DNA from: an uncultured Balneola sp.
GTDB taxonomy: Bacteria > Bacteroidota > Rhodothermia > Balneolales > Balneolaceae
Direction of reading: 5' to 3'
NCBI GenBank assembly: GCA_902529365.1
Contig: CABZWK010000008.1
Coordinates: 4,654 to 68,653 of the forward strand
Length of the DNA: 64,000 nucleotides
The first letter of the stretch is position 1; every line of letters starts with the position of its first letter. Below the pieces are notes generated by a model. The model did not search any database. It was not told the DNA's origin and was given only the letters and a program-made list of their open reading frames with translations. This document shows, one piece after another, positions 10,622 through 22,216 of the stretch. A program made the position numbers and the translations under genes.

Positions 10622-10740
10622 GGCTTTTTCGCGGCGCTGATGAGAACCGCTTCAACCAAAAGTGGCTTTTTCGTAGCGCTGACGAGAACCGTATGAAGCA
10701 GAGGTGGCTTTTCCGTAACGCCGATGAATACTAAGTAAGA
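10622..10740. repeat. degenerate 42-bp tandem repeat, about 2.8 copies, in the pyrG-Nudix spacer
   Basis: Copies start at 10622, 10664 and 10706. They read GGCTTTTTCGCGGCGCTGATGAGAACCGC..., GGCTTTTTCGTAGCGCTGACGAGAACCGT... and GGCTTTTCCGTAACGCCGATGAATAC... Confidence 0.85.
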
Positions 10741-10747
10741 TTTGGTT

Positions 10748-12397
<1,650 letters not shown>

Positions 12398-12448
12398 CTA
12401 AAGCACTTGACGGTCAATTTAGCGATTGGCTAATTTTGCATTATTTAT

Positions 12449-13342
12449 TCACAATTTTTCCACAATTTTTAACAATTCTTGAGGGAAATCGGTAAACATT
12501 CCACTTACGCCTTTTTCAATAAGCTCCTTCATTAATTCTGGGTCATTCACTGTGTACACCAGATAAGGAATTTGATGCGCTTGTAAATCCGCAATCCATT
12601 CCTGACTTAATTGCCGATAACTGCAATTAAATACATCTACTTGATACTTCTTGACTAACTCTGAGGGCATTAACTCCCCTGATTGTGAGGTTTCATACAA
12701 CAGCGCTTTAGGCATTTGAACGTCCAACGCATTAAGATGCTCCATGACTCGGTAGTCAAAGCTAGAAAAGATAACCCAGGAACTCATATCTAGCTCTTTT
12801 ACAATCTGTAAGGCTTTATCAACAATTCCTCCATTGATTACATCGGAAACCGCTTCGCTTTTAATTTCAATGTTTACTGCGATTTGACCCTTCATTAATT
12901 CCAGAGATTCCCTAAGAGTGGGGAATTCCTCTCCCCGAAATTCTTCTGAAAACCAGGCCCCTACTTCCATTTTCTTTAGCTCTTTCACGCTGAAACTTTG
13001 CACGTCACCCTCAAAGTCCGTGGTGCGATCCACCGTTTTGTCGTGAACTACAACAGGAATTCCATCTTCTGATATAGAAACATCCAGTTCTACCATTTCT
13101 GCTCGTATATCGATGGCTGCCTGAAATGCACTCAGAGTATTTTCAGGGTAACTTCCACTCACCCCGCGGTGGGCAATAACCCAAAATCGATCTCCATTAT
13201 CCAGTGGGGATTGGGGAAGGGATACAACATGTGTTTCTTGATTCGCTTCTTTTTGGCTCACCTTCGAATCCTGTTGTTGACATTGGGAAAGGCAAAATAG
13301 TACCACTAAACTACTAGCAATCAATCGTAATGATGCAAACAT
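12449..13342 (-). CDS. glycerophosphodiester phosphodiesterase (GDPD family), secreted or lipoprotein
   Basis: 297 aa with a signal peptide containing Cys (LFCLSQCQ) and the GDPD motif AHRGVSGSYPENTLSAF followed by ELDV. Confidence 0.85.
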   Translation of the reverse strand: MFASLRLIASSLVVLFCLSQCQQQDSKVSQKEANQETHVVSLPQSPLDNGDRFWVIAHRGVSGSYPENTLSAFQAAIDIRAEMVELDVSISEDGIPVVVHDKTVDRTTDFEGDVQSFSVKELKKMEVGAWFSEEFRGEEFPTLRESLELMKGQIAVNIEIKSEAVSDVINGGIVDKALQIVKELDMSSWVIFSSFDYRVMEHLNALDVQMPKALLYETSQSGELMPSELVKKYQVDVFNCSYRQLSQEWIADLQAHQIPYLVYTVNDPELMKELIEKGVSGMFTDFPQELLKIVEKL

Positions 13343-13385
13343 GGGATAAAATATCTAGTGGTTCAGGTCTCTTTTTATGAGTTTT

Positions 13386-13793
13386 TTAATTTTTTTCTTT
13401 GACAACTCGTTCAATTGCCTCGTCTATAAGCTTTTTGGCTTTATGCTGTTTTGACAAAAAATAATAAGCCATATACATACCTAGTAGAATAGAAAAACTT
13501 CCTAAAACGGTAACAATTCCCGCTAACCAAACTGGCCGAATGGCCTGAAGCAGTGCTAAGGCAATAACCAAGGAGCCCAACGTAATCTGAAAAAGGGATG
13601 AGACTAGGGCTATACTTCCATGATCTTGAACATTCCCTACTAACCATGCCAGTAAACTCTCTGAAAAGCTTTTATGGGGTTTTTTCTTGTTTTTTTTCTG
13701 GGTGGTAGACGTACCTATAACGCTGAAAACAAAATCGTACTTGTCTTCTTTGGAACTACCTAGTGAATACCTATTTGATTGACCTTTCGCCAT
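13386..13793 (-). CDS. hypothetical small membrane protein
   Basis: 135 aa with a basic N-terminal region (KKNKKKPHK) and two hydrophobic helices. I recognise no family. Confidence 0.4.
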   Translation of the reverse strand: MAKGQSNRYSLGSSKEDKYDFVFSVIGTSTTQKKNKKKPHKSFSESLLAWLVGNVQDHGSIALVSSLFQITLGSLVIALALLQAIRPVWLAGIVTVLGSFSILLGMYMAYYFLSKQHKAKKLIDEAIERVVKEKN

Positions 13794-13868
13794 TCGTTTT
13801 TTCTGACCTTTACACTTACTGACTTATCTATGTAATGTATAAAAAGCTTATATTATTCCATAATAGAT

Positions 13869-14618
13869 ATGGAAAAATCAGAAAAAAATAATCTACTCAT
13901 ATTTGGAAAGCATGCCATTCGCGAAGCCCTAAGTCGTGAAACTGCTAATATATCTAAGATATTTATGCTTAACAGTTTGGCTCCCATTAAATATGGCGAT
14001 TTAAAAAAAGAGTGTGAAGCTCACAACATTCCAGTTAGCTCGGTACCCATTCAGAAATTAGATCGGCTAAGTAATCAAGGGAATCATCAAGGGTTCATCG
14101 CTGAAATTAGTCCTATAGACTACACGAACTTTTTTGATTGGATTGAACAAACTATGGTGGGTCCAACGACAGCTGTTCTACTATTGGATAGTATCGAAGA
14201 TCCTCACAATTTAGGGGCTATTATTCGTTCAGCCACGGCTGCTGGAATATCTGCCATTATCATACCCACTCAACAGCAGGTTCCAATCAATGCTACGGTG
14301 TTCAAAGTTTCGGCAGGCACAGCTGGCATTATTCCCGTTATACGAGTTCACAACACTGAGCAAGGTCTAAAGGATTTAAAACTGGCGGGTTTTACACTAA
14401 TTGGGCTTGAAGGCAATGCGCCCAATTCACTATGGACTGCTGAATGGACAGGACCTATAGCTTTTATAGTGGGCAGTGAGGGTGGTGGTATAAGTAAGAA
14501 AGTAGCCAAACTCTTGGATAGTTCTGTCTCGATTCCAATGGAGCACACCGTTGAATCACTTAATGCCTCCGTTAGCGCTGCAATCATTAGCTACGAGTGG
14601 AAAAGACGACAGGCTTAA
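13869..14618 (+). CDS. rlmB: 23S rRNA (guanosine-2'-O)-methyltransferase, SpoU/TrmH family (RlmB-like)
   Basis: 249 aa with the SpoU motifs LLLDSIEDPHNLGAIIRSA, FIVGSEGGGIS and IPM...VESLNASVSAAI. Confidence 0.85.
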   Translation: MEKSEKNNLLIFGKHAIREALSRETANISKIFMLNSLAPIKYGDLKKECEAHNIPVSSVPIQKLDRLSNQGNHQGFIAEISPIDYTNFFDWIEQTMVGPTTAVLLLDSIEDPHNLGAIIRSATAAGISAIIIPTQQQVPINATVFKVSAGTAGIIPVIRVHNTEQGLKDLKLAGFTLIGLEGNAPNSLWTAEWTGPIAFIVGSEGGGISKKVAKLLDSSVSIPMEHTVESLNASVSAAIISYEWKRRQA

Positions 14619-15892
14619 TATAGTAAGTAGTTACTGCGTTTTTCTTTAAACGACTCGAAGTTGCTGCCCCAGTCTATATCGAGTGAATCAGTTTTCAGAT
14701 TGATGCTTTTGCGGCTCAATTCATCGATTTTATCAGTCCCAGCCAGAAGATATAGATAGTCTTTGTACGTTGCCTTCGGTGAATGTTCCATGAGCCACTG
14801 CATCATGCGCAAACCAACGGTCAATGGATCAGGATGCTCCAAGGCATTTTCCCATAGGATTCCATTTAACAGTAGACCTTCACCTTTTGGACGTAAAGCT
14901 TTTCCGGGTAAAGAAACAGGGGTAAATTGTGTGGGTTGCAAGCGCACACCATAATTGCTCCACAGCGAAACATCATCATTGAGAATGCTGCTTTCACCCC
15001 CCATCATTAAAAAAGGATGCTCTGTACCTCTACCTTCTGAAAGAGTGGTACCCTCAAAAAAGCAAGTCCCGATGTAGGCATAGGCATGTTCAAAAGTGGG
15101 CAAATTAGGCGATGGTGGCACCCATTCTAACTGCGTTTCATTCCATTTCATCTCTCGCTGCCAACCACTCATTGGTATCACTCGTAGATTAACCTTGGCA
15201 TCGGTTTCGTACCAATCTTCCCCCAATGCCATTTGAGCTAATTCACCCAATGTTAAACCATGAGCTATAGGTATAGGATACGTCCCAACAAATGAGTTGT
15301 ATTCGGGTTCTAAGATCCATCCCGCAACATAATCTCCACCCAAAGGATTAGGACGATCCAAAATCCAAACCTCAATTCCTTGCTCTGCTGCAGCCTCAAT
15401 TACGTACTTCATGGTCGAATTGTAGGTATAGAACCTTGCTCCGACATCTTGCATATCAAACAGTAATACATCAATTTCTTCCAACATTTGTGCGGTAGGC
15501 TTTTTAGTGGCCCCATAAAGCGAAAACACAGGAAGTCCAGTAGCTTCGTCTAGTCCATCTTGTATAATTTCCCCTGCACCCTGACTACCGCGAAATCCAT
15601 GTTCTGCAGCAAAAAGCGCCTTGACTGGCAACCCCAAAGCTATTAGAGTATCCAGCATATGTACCCCATCTACCCGAGCAGTTGGATTCATAACCAAACC
15701 TATATTCCGCCCATCTAGCTCGTCCAAATGCTCCTGAATCAGCACCTTTGCTCCAACATTAATATTTGCCTGTTGGGTCAATTCAAAACCCACCCTATCT
15801 AGTGCCCCCGCTCTCTCAGGTTCGCAAGTAATAAATGATAATGCGCCTATAAAGATAAGCACTGGAATAGATATCCAGGTACCTTGAGGCAT
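14615..15892 (-). CDS. DUF1343 family protein (NamZ-type exo-beta-N-acetylmuramidase family)
   Basis: 425 aa with a signal/TM segment and family-typical GLVMNPTA, FAAEHGFRG and DMQDVGARFYTY stretches. Confidence 0.75.
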   Translation of the reverse strand: MPQGTWISIPVLIFIGALSFITCEPERAGALDRVGFELTQQANINVGAKVLIQEHLDELDGRNIGLVMNPTARVDGVHMLDTLIALGLPVKALFAAEHGFRGSQGAGEIIQDGLDEATGLPVFSLYGATKKPTAQMLEEIDVLLFDMQDVGARFYTYNSTMKYVIEAAAEQGIEVWILDRPNPLGGDYVAGWILEPEYNSFVGTYPIPIAHGLTLGELAQMALGEDWYETDAKVNLRVIPMSGWQREMKWNETQLEWVPPSPNLPTFEHAYAYIGTCFFEGTTLSEGRGTEHPFLMMGGESSILNDDVSLWSNYGVRLQPTQFTPVSLPGKALRPKGEGLLLNGILWENALEHPDPLTVGLRMMQWLMEHSPKATYKDYLYLLAGTDKIDELSRKSINLKTDSLDIDWGSNFESFKEKRSNYLLY

Positions 15893-15896
15893 CTCT

Positions 15897-16331
15897 TTAT
15901 GCGCCCTTTACAGCTACTATGTCAGACTCAGCAAAGAAATAATTGGATTCAAACTGCCCATTTTCAACCGAGTCAGAGCCATGAATTATGTTCTCTCCCA
16001 CACTATCAGCAAAATCCGAGCGAATGGTACCCACTTCGGCTTCGGCTGGATTGGTAGCGCCAATGAAAACTCTAAAATCGGATACAGCATTTTCTTTTTC
16101 TAATACCATAGGGATACAAGGACCGCTACTCATGAAATCACATAAATCCCCATAAAATGGTCGTTCTTTATGTACTGCGTAAAACCCACCTGCAATTGTT
16201 GGGGTTAGCTGCATCATCTTCATAGCAACAATGCGGAAACCAGCTTCTTGAATTCGTTTGGTCACCTCACCGATTAGTCCTTTTTTAACGCAATCAGGCT
16301 TTAAAATAGTAAGTGTTCTTTCGACAGACAT
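15897..16331 (-). CDS. ndk: nucleoside-diphosphate kinase
   Basis: 144 aa with [10 protein letters not shown] and the NIIHGSD active-site His motif. Confidence 0.95.
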   Translation of the reverse strand: MSVERTLTILKPDCVKKGLIGEVTKRIQEAGFRIVAMKMMQLTPTIAGGFYAVHKERPFYGDLCDFMSSGPCIPMVLEKENAVSDFRVFIGATNPAEAEVGTIRSDFADSVGENIIHGSDSVENGQFESNYFFAESDIVAVKGA

Positions 16332-16418
16332 AGATGAATTGTTTTGTTATTTTTAACTCTGTTATATATCCAAATATAGCCTTTTGAATCTCAAATGGCT
16401 ATTCAATGATGCTGAAAT

Positions 16419-18524
16419 ATGCCAAACCGCCTCTACAAAGAAAAAAGTCCCTACCTCCAACAACACAGTGAAAACCCTGTTGACTGGTATGCATGGGAAC
16501 AAGAAGCATTTGATAAGGCTAAGAATGAACATAAACCAATCTTTTTATCCATTGGTTATGCCACCTGCCATTGGTGCCATGTCATGGAACATGAGAGCTT
16601 CGAAGATCCGGATATTTCCGCCTATTTAAACGAACATTTTGTGTCTATTAAGGTAGACCGAGAAGAACGCCCTGATATCGATCATCTTTATATGCCGGTT
16701 TGCCAGATGTTAACAGGCCAAGGAGGCTGGCCTTTAACCATTATAATGACACCTGAAAAAGAGCCGTTTTATGCAGCAACCTATTTACCTAAAGAAGTGC
16801 AAATGGGGCGACTTGGTTTACGACAAATACTGCGCGGTATACAAGGTATGTGGACCAACGAACAAGCTAGGGTTCATAAAGCCATAGAGCAGATCACTCA
16901 AGGCTACTCACAATATACCTCGTATACCGTAGGATCATTTCCTGATGAGAATGCTTTAAAAAAAGCACGCACCTATTTCAGTCTGCATGCGGACCTCAAT
17001 TACGGTGGGTTTGGTAAAGCACCTAAATTTCCATCTCCTCATCAACTCGTATTTCTCTGCCGGGAATGGTATCAGCACCATGATTTCGAGCTCTTGGATA
17101 GTGTGGTACTTAGCTTAAAAAAAATGCGCCAGGGAGGATTGTGGGATCATGTTGGTTATGGGTTTCACCGTTATTCCACTGACGAAAAATGGCTGCTTCC
17201 CCACTTCGAAAAAATGCTGTATGACCAAGCCCTAATGCTTATGGCCTATGCCGAAGCATGGCAGATAACCAAAGAACCGCTATTCAAACAAACATGCTTA
17301 GAGTTATTTGAGTATTTACAAAGGGATATGCTGCTACCTAATGGAGGTTTTTCTAGCGCAGAAGATGCAGATTCAGAGGGTGAAGAAGGTAAATTTTATA
17401 CTTGGAGTTATAACGAGCTTAAAATCCTAGAGCTGCAAGGGAGGCTTCCCGAACACTCATTATCATTTCTAGCTGATTATTTCGGAGTTACAGAAGTAGG
17501 TAACATGCTCGATGAAGCAACCAAACAACTTAAAGGCCAAAATATTTTACATCTCACAAAAGAGCTAGATGAGGCTACCTGCCTGCAGTGGGAATGTATC
17601 AGGTCCGTACTATTCGAATGTCGTAAGCAGCGTGTACGCCCACTGTGTGATGACAAGATTCTTTGCGATTGGAATGCACTCTTAGTGGCTAGCTTGGCGA
17701 ATGCAGCGCGTATATTGAATTCGGAAGAGATGGGAACTCAAGCTATTCTAACCTTGGACTTTTTGGAGAGAACTTTTAGCTACAGCGTGGATAGTATAGC
17801 CAGTGACGATTTGGAGAATCCTGTTCGATGGTACCACCGGCATCGTGATGGGGAGACAGCCATCGACGCCTTTGCTGAAGACCATAGCTTTTTAATATGG
17901 GCGTACCTCGAGTGTTATGGCTATACTGATGATTCTATCTATCTACAAAAAGCCCTAGATTTGGCCGATATTACCCTGGCCCTATTTGGTGATGACCAAG
18001 GAGCATTTGTCCAATCTCAAGGTTCTGAAATTCAGATGTTTGGAGCCCCAATGACTATTTATGATGGGGCTATTCCTTCCGCTAACTCAACCATGGCCTA
18101 TTGTCTAATTCGATTGTATCACATTTCTGGTCAAACCAAATGGATTGAGTATTTAGATAAAATGGGCCAACGATTTTCAAAGGAATGGTCACAATTTGGC
18201 TCGAGTACTACGGTGGCGATGATGGCTTTACAACAGTATCATTATAAACCTATACAATGGGTCGTTGTGCAGGGTAAGGAAAAAGTATCTAGTGTTGAAT
18301 CACTTAAACGAGAAATAAATCAATACTATTTGCCTATGTCTACGGTGCACGTGTTGAATAATCACAATAAAGAAGCACTCGTAAAAAGAATTCCAAGTCT
18401 AGCAAACTACCTCTTCGATGAGGCTACTTCAAGAGTATTTTTATGCCAAAATTACCATTGTGAAGCTCCTATTGAAAGCTTGGATAAATTGAGGGTTCGA
18501 CTCAAGAACATTAGTCGAACTTAA
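16419..18524 (+). CDS. thioredoxin-domain protein (DUF255/YyaL family) with a six-hairpin glycosidase-like C-terminal domain
   Basis: 701 aa. The N-terminal region [22 protein letters not shown] is typical of the YyaL family. Confidence 0.85.
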   Translation: MPNRLYKEKSPYLQQHSENPVDWYAWEQEAFDKAKNEHKPIFLSIGYATCHWCHVMEHESFEDPDISAYLNEHFVSIKVDREERPDIDHLYMPVCQMLTGQGGWPLTIIMTPEKEPFYAATYLPKEVQMGRLGLRQILRGIQGMWTNEQARVHKAIEQITQGYSQYTSYTVGSFPDENALKKARTYFSLHADLNYGGFGKAPKFPSPHQLVFLCREWYQHHDFELLDSVVLSLKKMRQGGLWDHVGYGFHRYSTDEKWLLPHFEKMLYDQALMLMAYAEAWQITKEPLFKQTCLELFEYLQRDMLLPNGGFSSAEDADSEGEEGKFYTWSYNELKILELQGRLPEHSLSFLADYFGVTEVGNMLDEATKQLKGQNILHLTKELDEATCLQWECIRSVLFECRKQRVRPLCDDKILCDWNALLVASLANAARILNSEEMGTQAILTLDFLERTFSYSVDSIASDDLENPVRWYHRHRDGETAIDAFAEDHSFLIWAYLECYGYTDDSIYLQKALDLADITLALFGDDQGAFVQSQGSEIQMFGAPMTIYDGAIPSANSTMAYCLIRLYHISGQTKWIEYLDKMGQRFSKEWSQFGSSTTVAMMALQQYHYKPIQWVVVQGKEKVSSVESLKREINQYYLPMSTVHVLNNHNKEALVKRIPSLANYLFDEATSRVFLCQNYHCEAPIESLDKLRVRLKNISRT

Positions 18525-18570
18525 TCTGAGCAATGAAAAGATAAGTGCGAATGATCCAGTAAGGATTCCT

Positions 18571-19317
18571 TTAGTACTGCTGCATCATTTGCAACATGAT
18601 CCAGTCACTTAAACCAAATAATTGATAGTTTGATGGCAGCTCAACCATCGCTTTAGCGACCGCATTTTTTTCTGCTCGAATTAACTCATAAAAGGTAAAC
18701 GTTTCTTCATCTGAAGTCCAAGTCATTAGCACTGGAATACTTTTGGATTGAAATTCTATAGTCAGGCGATCAGTTGCCTCGCGTAACCAATCAGGACTAT
18801 TCAACCAAGGTTCTTTCAATAACCCCCAATCCATGTCTAATTTTGTGGTTGTCCAAATGGTTGCGTATCCGCTTCCATCCGAGTCGGTAATTCTAATTTC
18901 TTTAGAGGGATAGCCATTTATATTTTCCACTCTTCCAGTTACCACCACGCTAGACTTACTTGCGGCTAGCTCCTGTGGGGTTGGCTCTTCTATACCAAAA
19001 ATGGCCGAGATCATGGTGAAGAACCCTTCAATTTCTGATTTACTTAGTTGGAGAGCTTGATTTTTACCCATCATTAAAACAAAATCTCGTTGATCTTGCC
19101 TTATAAGTAAACCTCTTGCCTCGTAATTACCACTTATTATTGACTGTTGTTCGTTACCTTGTAAAAGTATGCGGTCAGGAGTAACATACATATGGATTAG
19201 ATTAGTATCGGCATTTGTGTATAGTTGAATGTCTAATACCCCATTAAATTGAGCCTGAATTGATGTGCTCAAAATAGTACAAATAAATAGTGTCAATAAA
19301 GTAAATGTCCGAATCAT
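18571..19317 (-). CDS. hypothetical secreted protein (possibly DUF4412/LolA-like fold)
   Basis: I placed the start at the internal ATG at 19317, which gives the signal peptide MIRTFTLLTLFICTILSTSIQAQ. The ORF-track start at 19386 would overlap the end of mnmA. Confidence 0.45.
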   Translation of the reverse strand: MIRTFTLLTLFICTILSTSIQAQFNGVLDIQLYTNADTNLIHMYVTPDRILLQGNEQQSIISGNYEARGLLIRQDQRDFVLMMGKNQALQLSKSEIEGFFTMISAIFGIEEPTPQELAASKSSVVVTGRVENINGYPSKEIRITDSDGSGYATIWTTTKLDMDWGLLKEPWLNSPDWLREATDRLTIEFQSKSIPVLMTWTSDEETFTFYELIRAEKNAVAKAMVELPSNYQLFGLSDWIMLQMMQQY

Positions 19318-19348
19318 GATGGTAAAATAAGGATGAAAGTTTTCTATA

Positions 19349-20485
19349 TTAAACGAGAGAATCCATTTCTTGTTGCATAGATACATTCACCTTTTTTATC
19401 CAACCACCGGCTACCACATCATCTCCTTCGTAACAAACAATAGCCTGACCGGGGGTGATTGCCTCTCTACCTGTTGGGAAATGTACCTTTATTTCATCTT
19501 CTCCTAACTGTGTAAGGGTTCCAATCGCACCGTCATCGTTATATCTAATCGCACCGATTATTTCCATTTCACCTTTTGGAATAGCATCATATTTGATGAA
19601 ATTTAACTCTTTTGCAGTTAGGGTAGTTTCAATCAAATCTTCTTTTTCTCCAATGATAATGGTGTTGGTGTAAGGATTGATATGTGTTACATAAACTGGT
19701 TTTCCCATCGGTAAATTAAGACCTCTGCGCTGGCCTATAGTATAAAATGGATATCCATCATGCGTACCTAGTACATTTCCAGCTTTATCTACAAAGGTCC
19801 CACCTTTAACTTTCTCTTCTAGCCCATCAACACGATCTTTTAAAAAGCGGCGGTAATCATCATCGGGTACAAAACATATTTCATATGAATCTGGTTTGTT
19901 GGCCACATTCAGTAATCCATGTTCTTTGGCAATTTGCCTGATTTCTTTTTTTGAATACCCTCCTAATGGGAAAATAGTTCTGGCTAAATGTTCTTGTGCT
20001 ACTCCCCACAAAGCATAAGATTGATCTTTCGAGCGATCTAATCCTCTAGAAATCACATAGCGGCTATTCTCTTCCCTGATTTGGGCATAATGTCCCGTTG
20101 CAATAAAATCACACCCTAAATTATTAGCCCTTTTCATAAGAGCTGCCCACTTAATGTGAGTGTTGCATAATACACATGGGTTAGGCGTTCGCCCTTCTAA
20201 ATAGTCTTCAACAAAACGGTCAATGACCCAGTCACCAAATTCTTCTCGAATATCAACAATGAAATGCTTGAAGCCATGATTTACGGCTATATGTCGAGCA
20301 TCATTCATGCTTTCTACGGTACAACAACCAGTTTCTTTACCACTATTACTTACACTACGATGATAATCCCAGGTCTTCATAGTTATTCCAATGACTTCGT
20401 AGCCTTGTTCAGCTAACATTACCGCTGCAACTGAGGAATCCACCCCACCGCTCATGGCCACTAAAACCCGTCCTTTAGAACTCAT
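19349..20485 (-). CDS. mnmA: tRNA 2-thiouridine(34) synthase
   Basis: PP-loop VLVAMSGGVDSSVAA and MnmA-typical CNTHIKW. I placed the start at MSSKGR (20485). An upstream in-frame start at 20530 is also possible. Confidence 0.93.
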   Translation of the reverse strand: MSSKGRVLVAMSGGVDSSVAAVMLAEQGYEVIGITMKTWDYHRSVSNSGKETGCCTVESMNDARHIAVNHGFKHFIVDIREEFGDWVIDRFVEDYLEGRTPNPCVLCNTHIKWAALMKRANNLGCDFIATGHYAQIREENSRYVISRGLDRSKDQSYALWGVAQEHLARTIFPLGGYSKKEIRQIAKEHGLLNVANKPDSYEICFVPDDDYRRFLKDRVDGLEEKVKGGTFVDKAGNVLGTHDGYPFYTIGQRRGLNLPMGKPVYVTHINPYTNTIIIGEKEDLIETTLTAKELNFIKYDAIPKGEMEIIGAIRYNDDGAIGTLTQLGEDEIKVHFPTGREAITPGQAIVCYEGDDVVAGGWIKKVNVSMQQEMDSLV

Positions 20486-20618
20486 AGTAAATGTATCATA
20501 TTTTGTAAAATGAATAGGCCCGTAGACCAAAATTTAAACTAAACTAGATCCAATAATATACGAATTCTGTCACTCTTTTTAGAGCATAACCCTAAACAGC
20601 CTGACTGACCCGATGTAT

Positions 20619-21119
20619 TTAGGCCATGTAAAGATAAGGTTTCCAAGGGTCTTGTACATTTCCGTTATACTCTCGAAAAAATGTAATCGGAATAGGCCGA
20701 TATGGCTTTCTCTTAAGTGGCATTTGAGCTTCCTGGGGCGTTTTGTTTCCCTTTTTTACATTGCATTTTTCACAAGCGGTTACCAGATTTTCCCACTGGT
20801 CTTTACCCCCCCTACTTTTAGGCAAGACATGATCTATGGTTAGGTCAGACTTTTTAGCACAGTATTGACAGCTAAACTTATCTCTACGCATAATATTTCT
20901 TCTGGAAAGCACTACTTTAGTATAGGGTATTCGTATGTAGTTACGTAAGCGTATAACTGAGGGGTACTGATATGAAGTCCTTGTAGTACTTAATTCTTTT
21001 CCGGGATCGTCATGGAGTAATTCTGCTTTTTCCAAAAACAGAAGCTTCATAGAACGTTGCACTGAGCATATGCTCAAGGGTTGATAATCTTGATTGAGTA
21101 CTAAAACAGTTGCGTTCAT
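20619..21119 (-). CDS. HNH endonuclease-domain protein
   Basis: 166 aa with a C-terminal HNH/zinc motif (CQYC...DHVLPKSRGG...WENLVTACEKCNVKKGN). Confidence 0.85.
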   Translation of the reverse strand: MNATVLVLNQDYQPLSICSVQRSMKLLFLEKAELLHDDPGKELSTTRTSYQYPSVIRLRNYIRIPYTKVVLSRRNIMRRDKFSCQYCAKKSDLTIDHVLPKSRGGKDQWENLVTACEKCNVKKGNKTPQEAQMPLKRKPYRPIPITFFREYNGNVQDPWKPYLYMA

Positions 21120-21279
21120 GATGGCATTCTTTTGGTTATTGGATAACGGTTATTTCATGGAGAATGCAAAAACAGAACTAAATCTCTCGTCTAATTGTAA
21201 TATCTTAACAGATAGCATACAAAGATAATTAAGTTTATGCTTATTTGTATATACTCATTATATATTAAGTCATCATTAA

Positions 21280-21687
21280 ATGCCGGATAAAAAGTCGATT
21301 AAAAAGACCTTTATTTTCCAATCTGCCTTTGAAGAATTGGAAAAGCTTGAAGAGTGTTTGAATTCTCTAGAAGGCTACAACAAGTTAAGCGAAGATAAAC
21401 AGTACGAAATCATGCTAGTACTTAGTGAAGCTGTAACCAATGCAATGGAACATGGTAACGAACTTGATTCACGTAAAGCGGTAAAACTCAATGTTACTAT
21501 TTCAACTGATGGTATAACAGCTGAAATATATGATGAAGGTCATGGTTTTATCCCTTCGAAACTTCCCAATCCTCTGCATGAAGAGGCAATGCTTAGAGAT
21601 CATGGAAGAGGCTGGTTTTTAATGCACCATTACTCTTCATCTATTGAGTGGGACGATGAGCAAAAATGCTTGAAAATATGCTTCTAA
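21280..21687 (+). CDS. small GHKL/HATPase_c protein, RsbW/SpoIIAB-like anti-sigma-factor serine kinase family
   Basis: 135 aa with an N-box (EAVTNAMEHGN), a G1 motif (DEGHGF) and a G2-like motif (GRGWFLM). No STAS partner or sigma factor is present in the window. Confidence 0.65.
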   Translation: MPDKKSIKKTFIFQSAFEELEKLEECLNSLEGYNKLSEDKQYEIMLVLSEAVTNAMEHGNELDSRKAVKLNVTISTDGITAEIYDEGHGFIPSKLPNPLHEEAMLRDHGRGWFLMHHYSSSIEWDDEQKCLKICF

Positions 21688-21699
21688 GGGAACAAGCAC

Positions 21700-21737
21700 G
21701 GCAACGTTTAGAAAAGATTCAATCTAATACCGTTGCC
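21700..21737. terminator. hairpin between convergent genes (GGCAACG-N24-CGTTGCC)
   Basis: A 7-bp perfect inverted repeat at 21700..21706 and 21731..21737 lies between the 3' ends of the HATPase gene and trxA. Neither side has a clear U-tract. Confidence 0.35.
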
Positions 21738-21757
21738 TACTATTGTCCATTAGATTG

Positions 21758-22081
21758 TTATACGTGAGCGTCTAGCTGCTTAGTCAAATGTGTCTTAGGT
21801 ACCGCCCCAACGATTTGGTCTACCACTTCACCATTTTTGAATATTAACAATGCTGGAATGCTTCGAATTCCATATTTAATGGATACTTCGGGATTTACAT
21901 CTACATTGACTTTACCAATTTTAGCCTTGCCTTCGTATTCTCCTGCCATTTCTTCTACAACTGGACCAATCATCCGACAAGGTCCACACCATTCTGCCCA
22001 AAAATCGATGAGCACAGGTTTATCGGATTGAAGTACTTCTTGATCGAAATTAGCGTCGGTTATTTCTACAGTTTTTGACAT
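21758..22081 (-). CDS. trxA: thioredoxin
   Basis: 107 aa with [10 protein letters not shown] in a canonical thioredoxin length and layout. Confidence 0.95.
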   Translation of the reverse strand: MSKTVEITDANFDQEVLQSDKPVLIDFWAEWCGPCRMIGPVVEEMAGEYEGKAKIGKVNVDVNPEVSIKYGIRSIPALLIFKNGEVVDQIVGAVPKTHLTKQLDAHV

Positions 22082-22216
22082 GATGGTAATGATCTAATTG
22101 ATATTAATTTAAGTGATATCATAAAGAGAATGTACACGATACTGGAAAATATATCATTTCCATTATGACTTTTCTCATGGTAACTTCTTTAACGCGACTT
22201 CATAAAAATAGGGTTA

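Noticed and set aside
10637-10644. CUGAUGAG (hammerhead ribozyme core-like) inside the first 42-bp repeat copy
   Set aside because: No stem II hairpin followed by a GAAA core, and no cleavage-site helix, could be drawn. The second copy reads CTGACGAG. This is most likely a chance match.
10622-10740. CRISPR-like array
   Set aside because: The repeats are contiguous with no spacers, they are degenerate, there are only about 3 copies, and no cas genes are present in the window.
16384-16629. 81-aa ORF overlapping the start of the YyaL-family gene
   Set aside because: It is out of frame with, and nested in, the 701-aa gene whose N-terminus shows strong family motifs. It has no features of its own.
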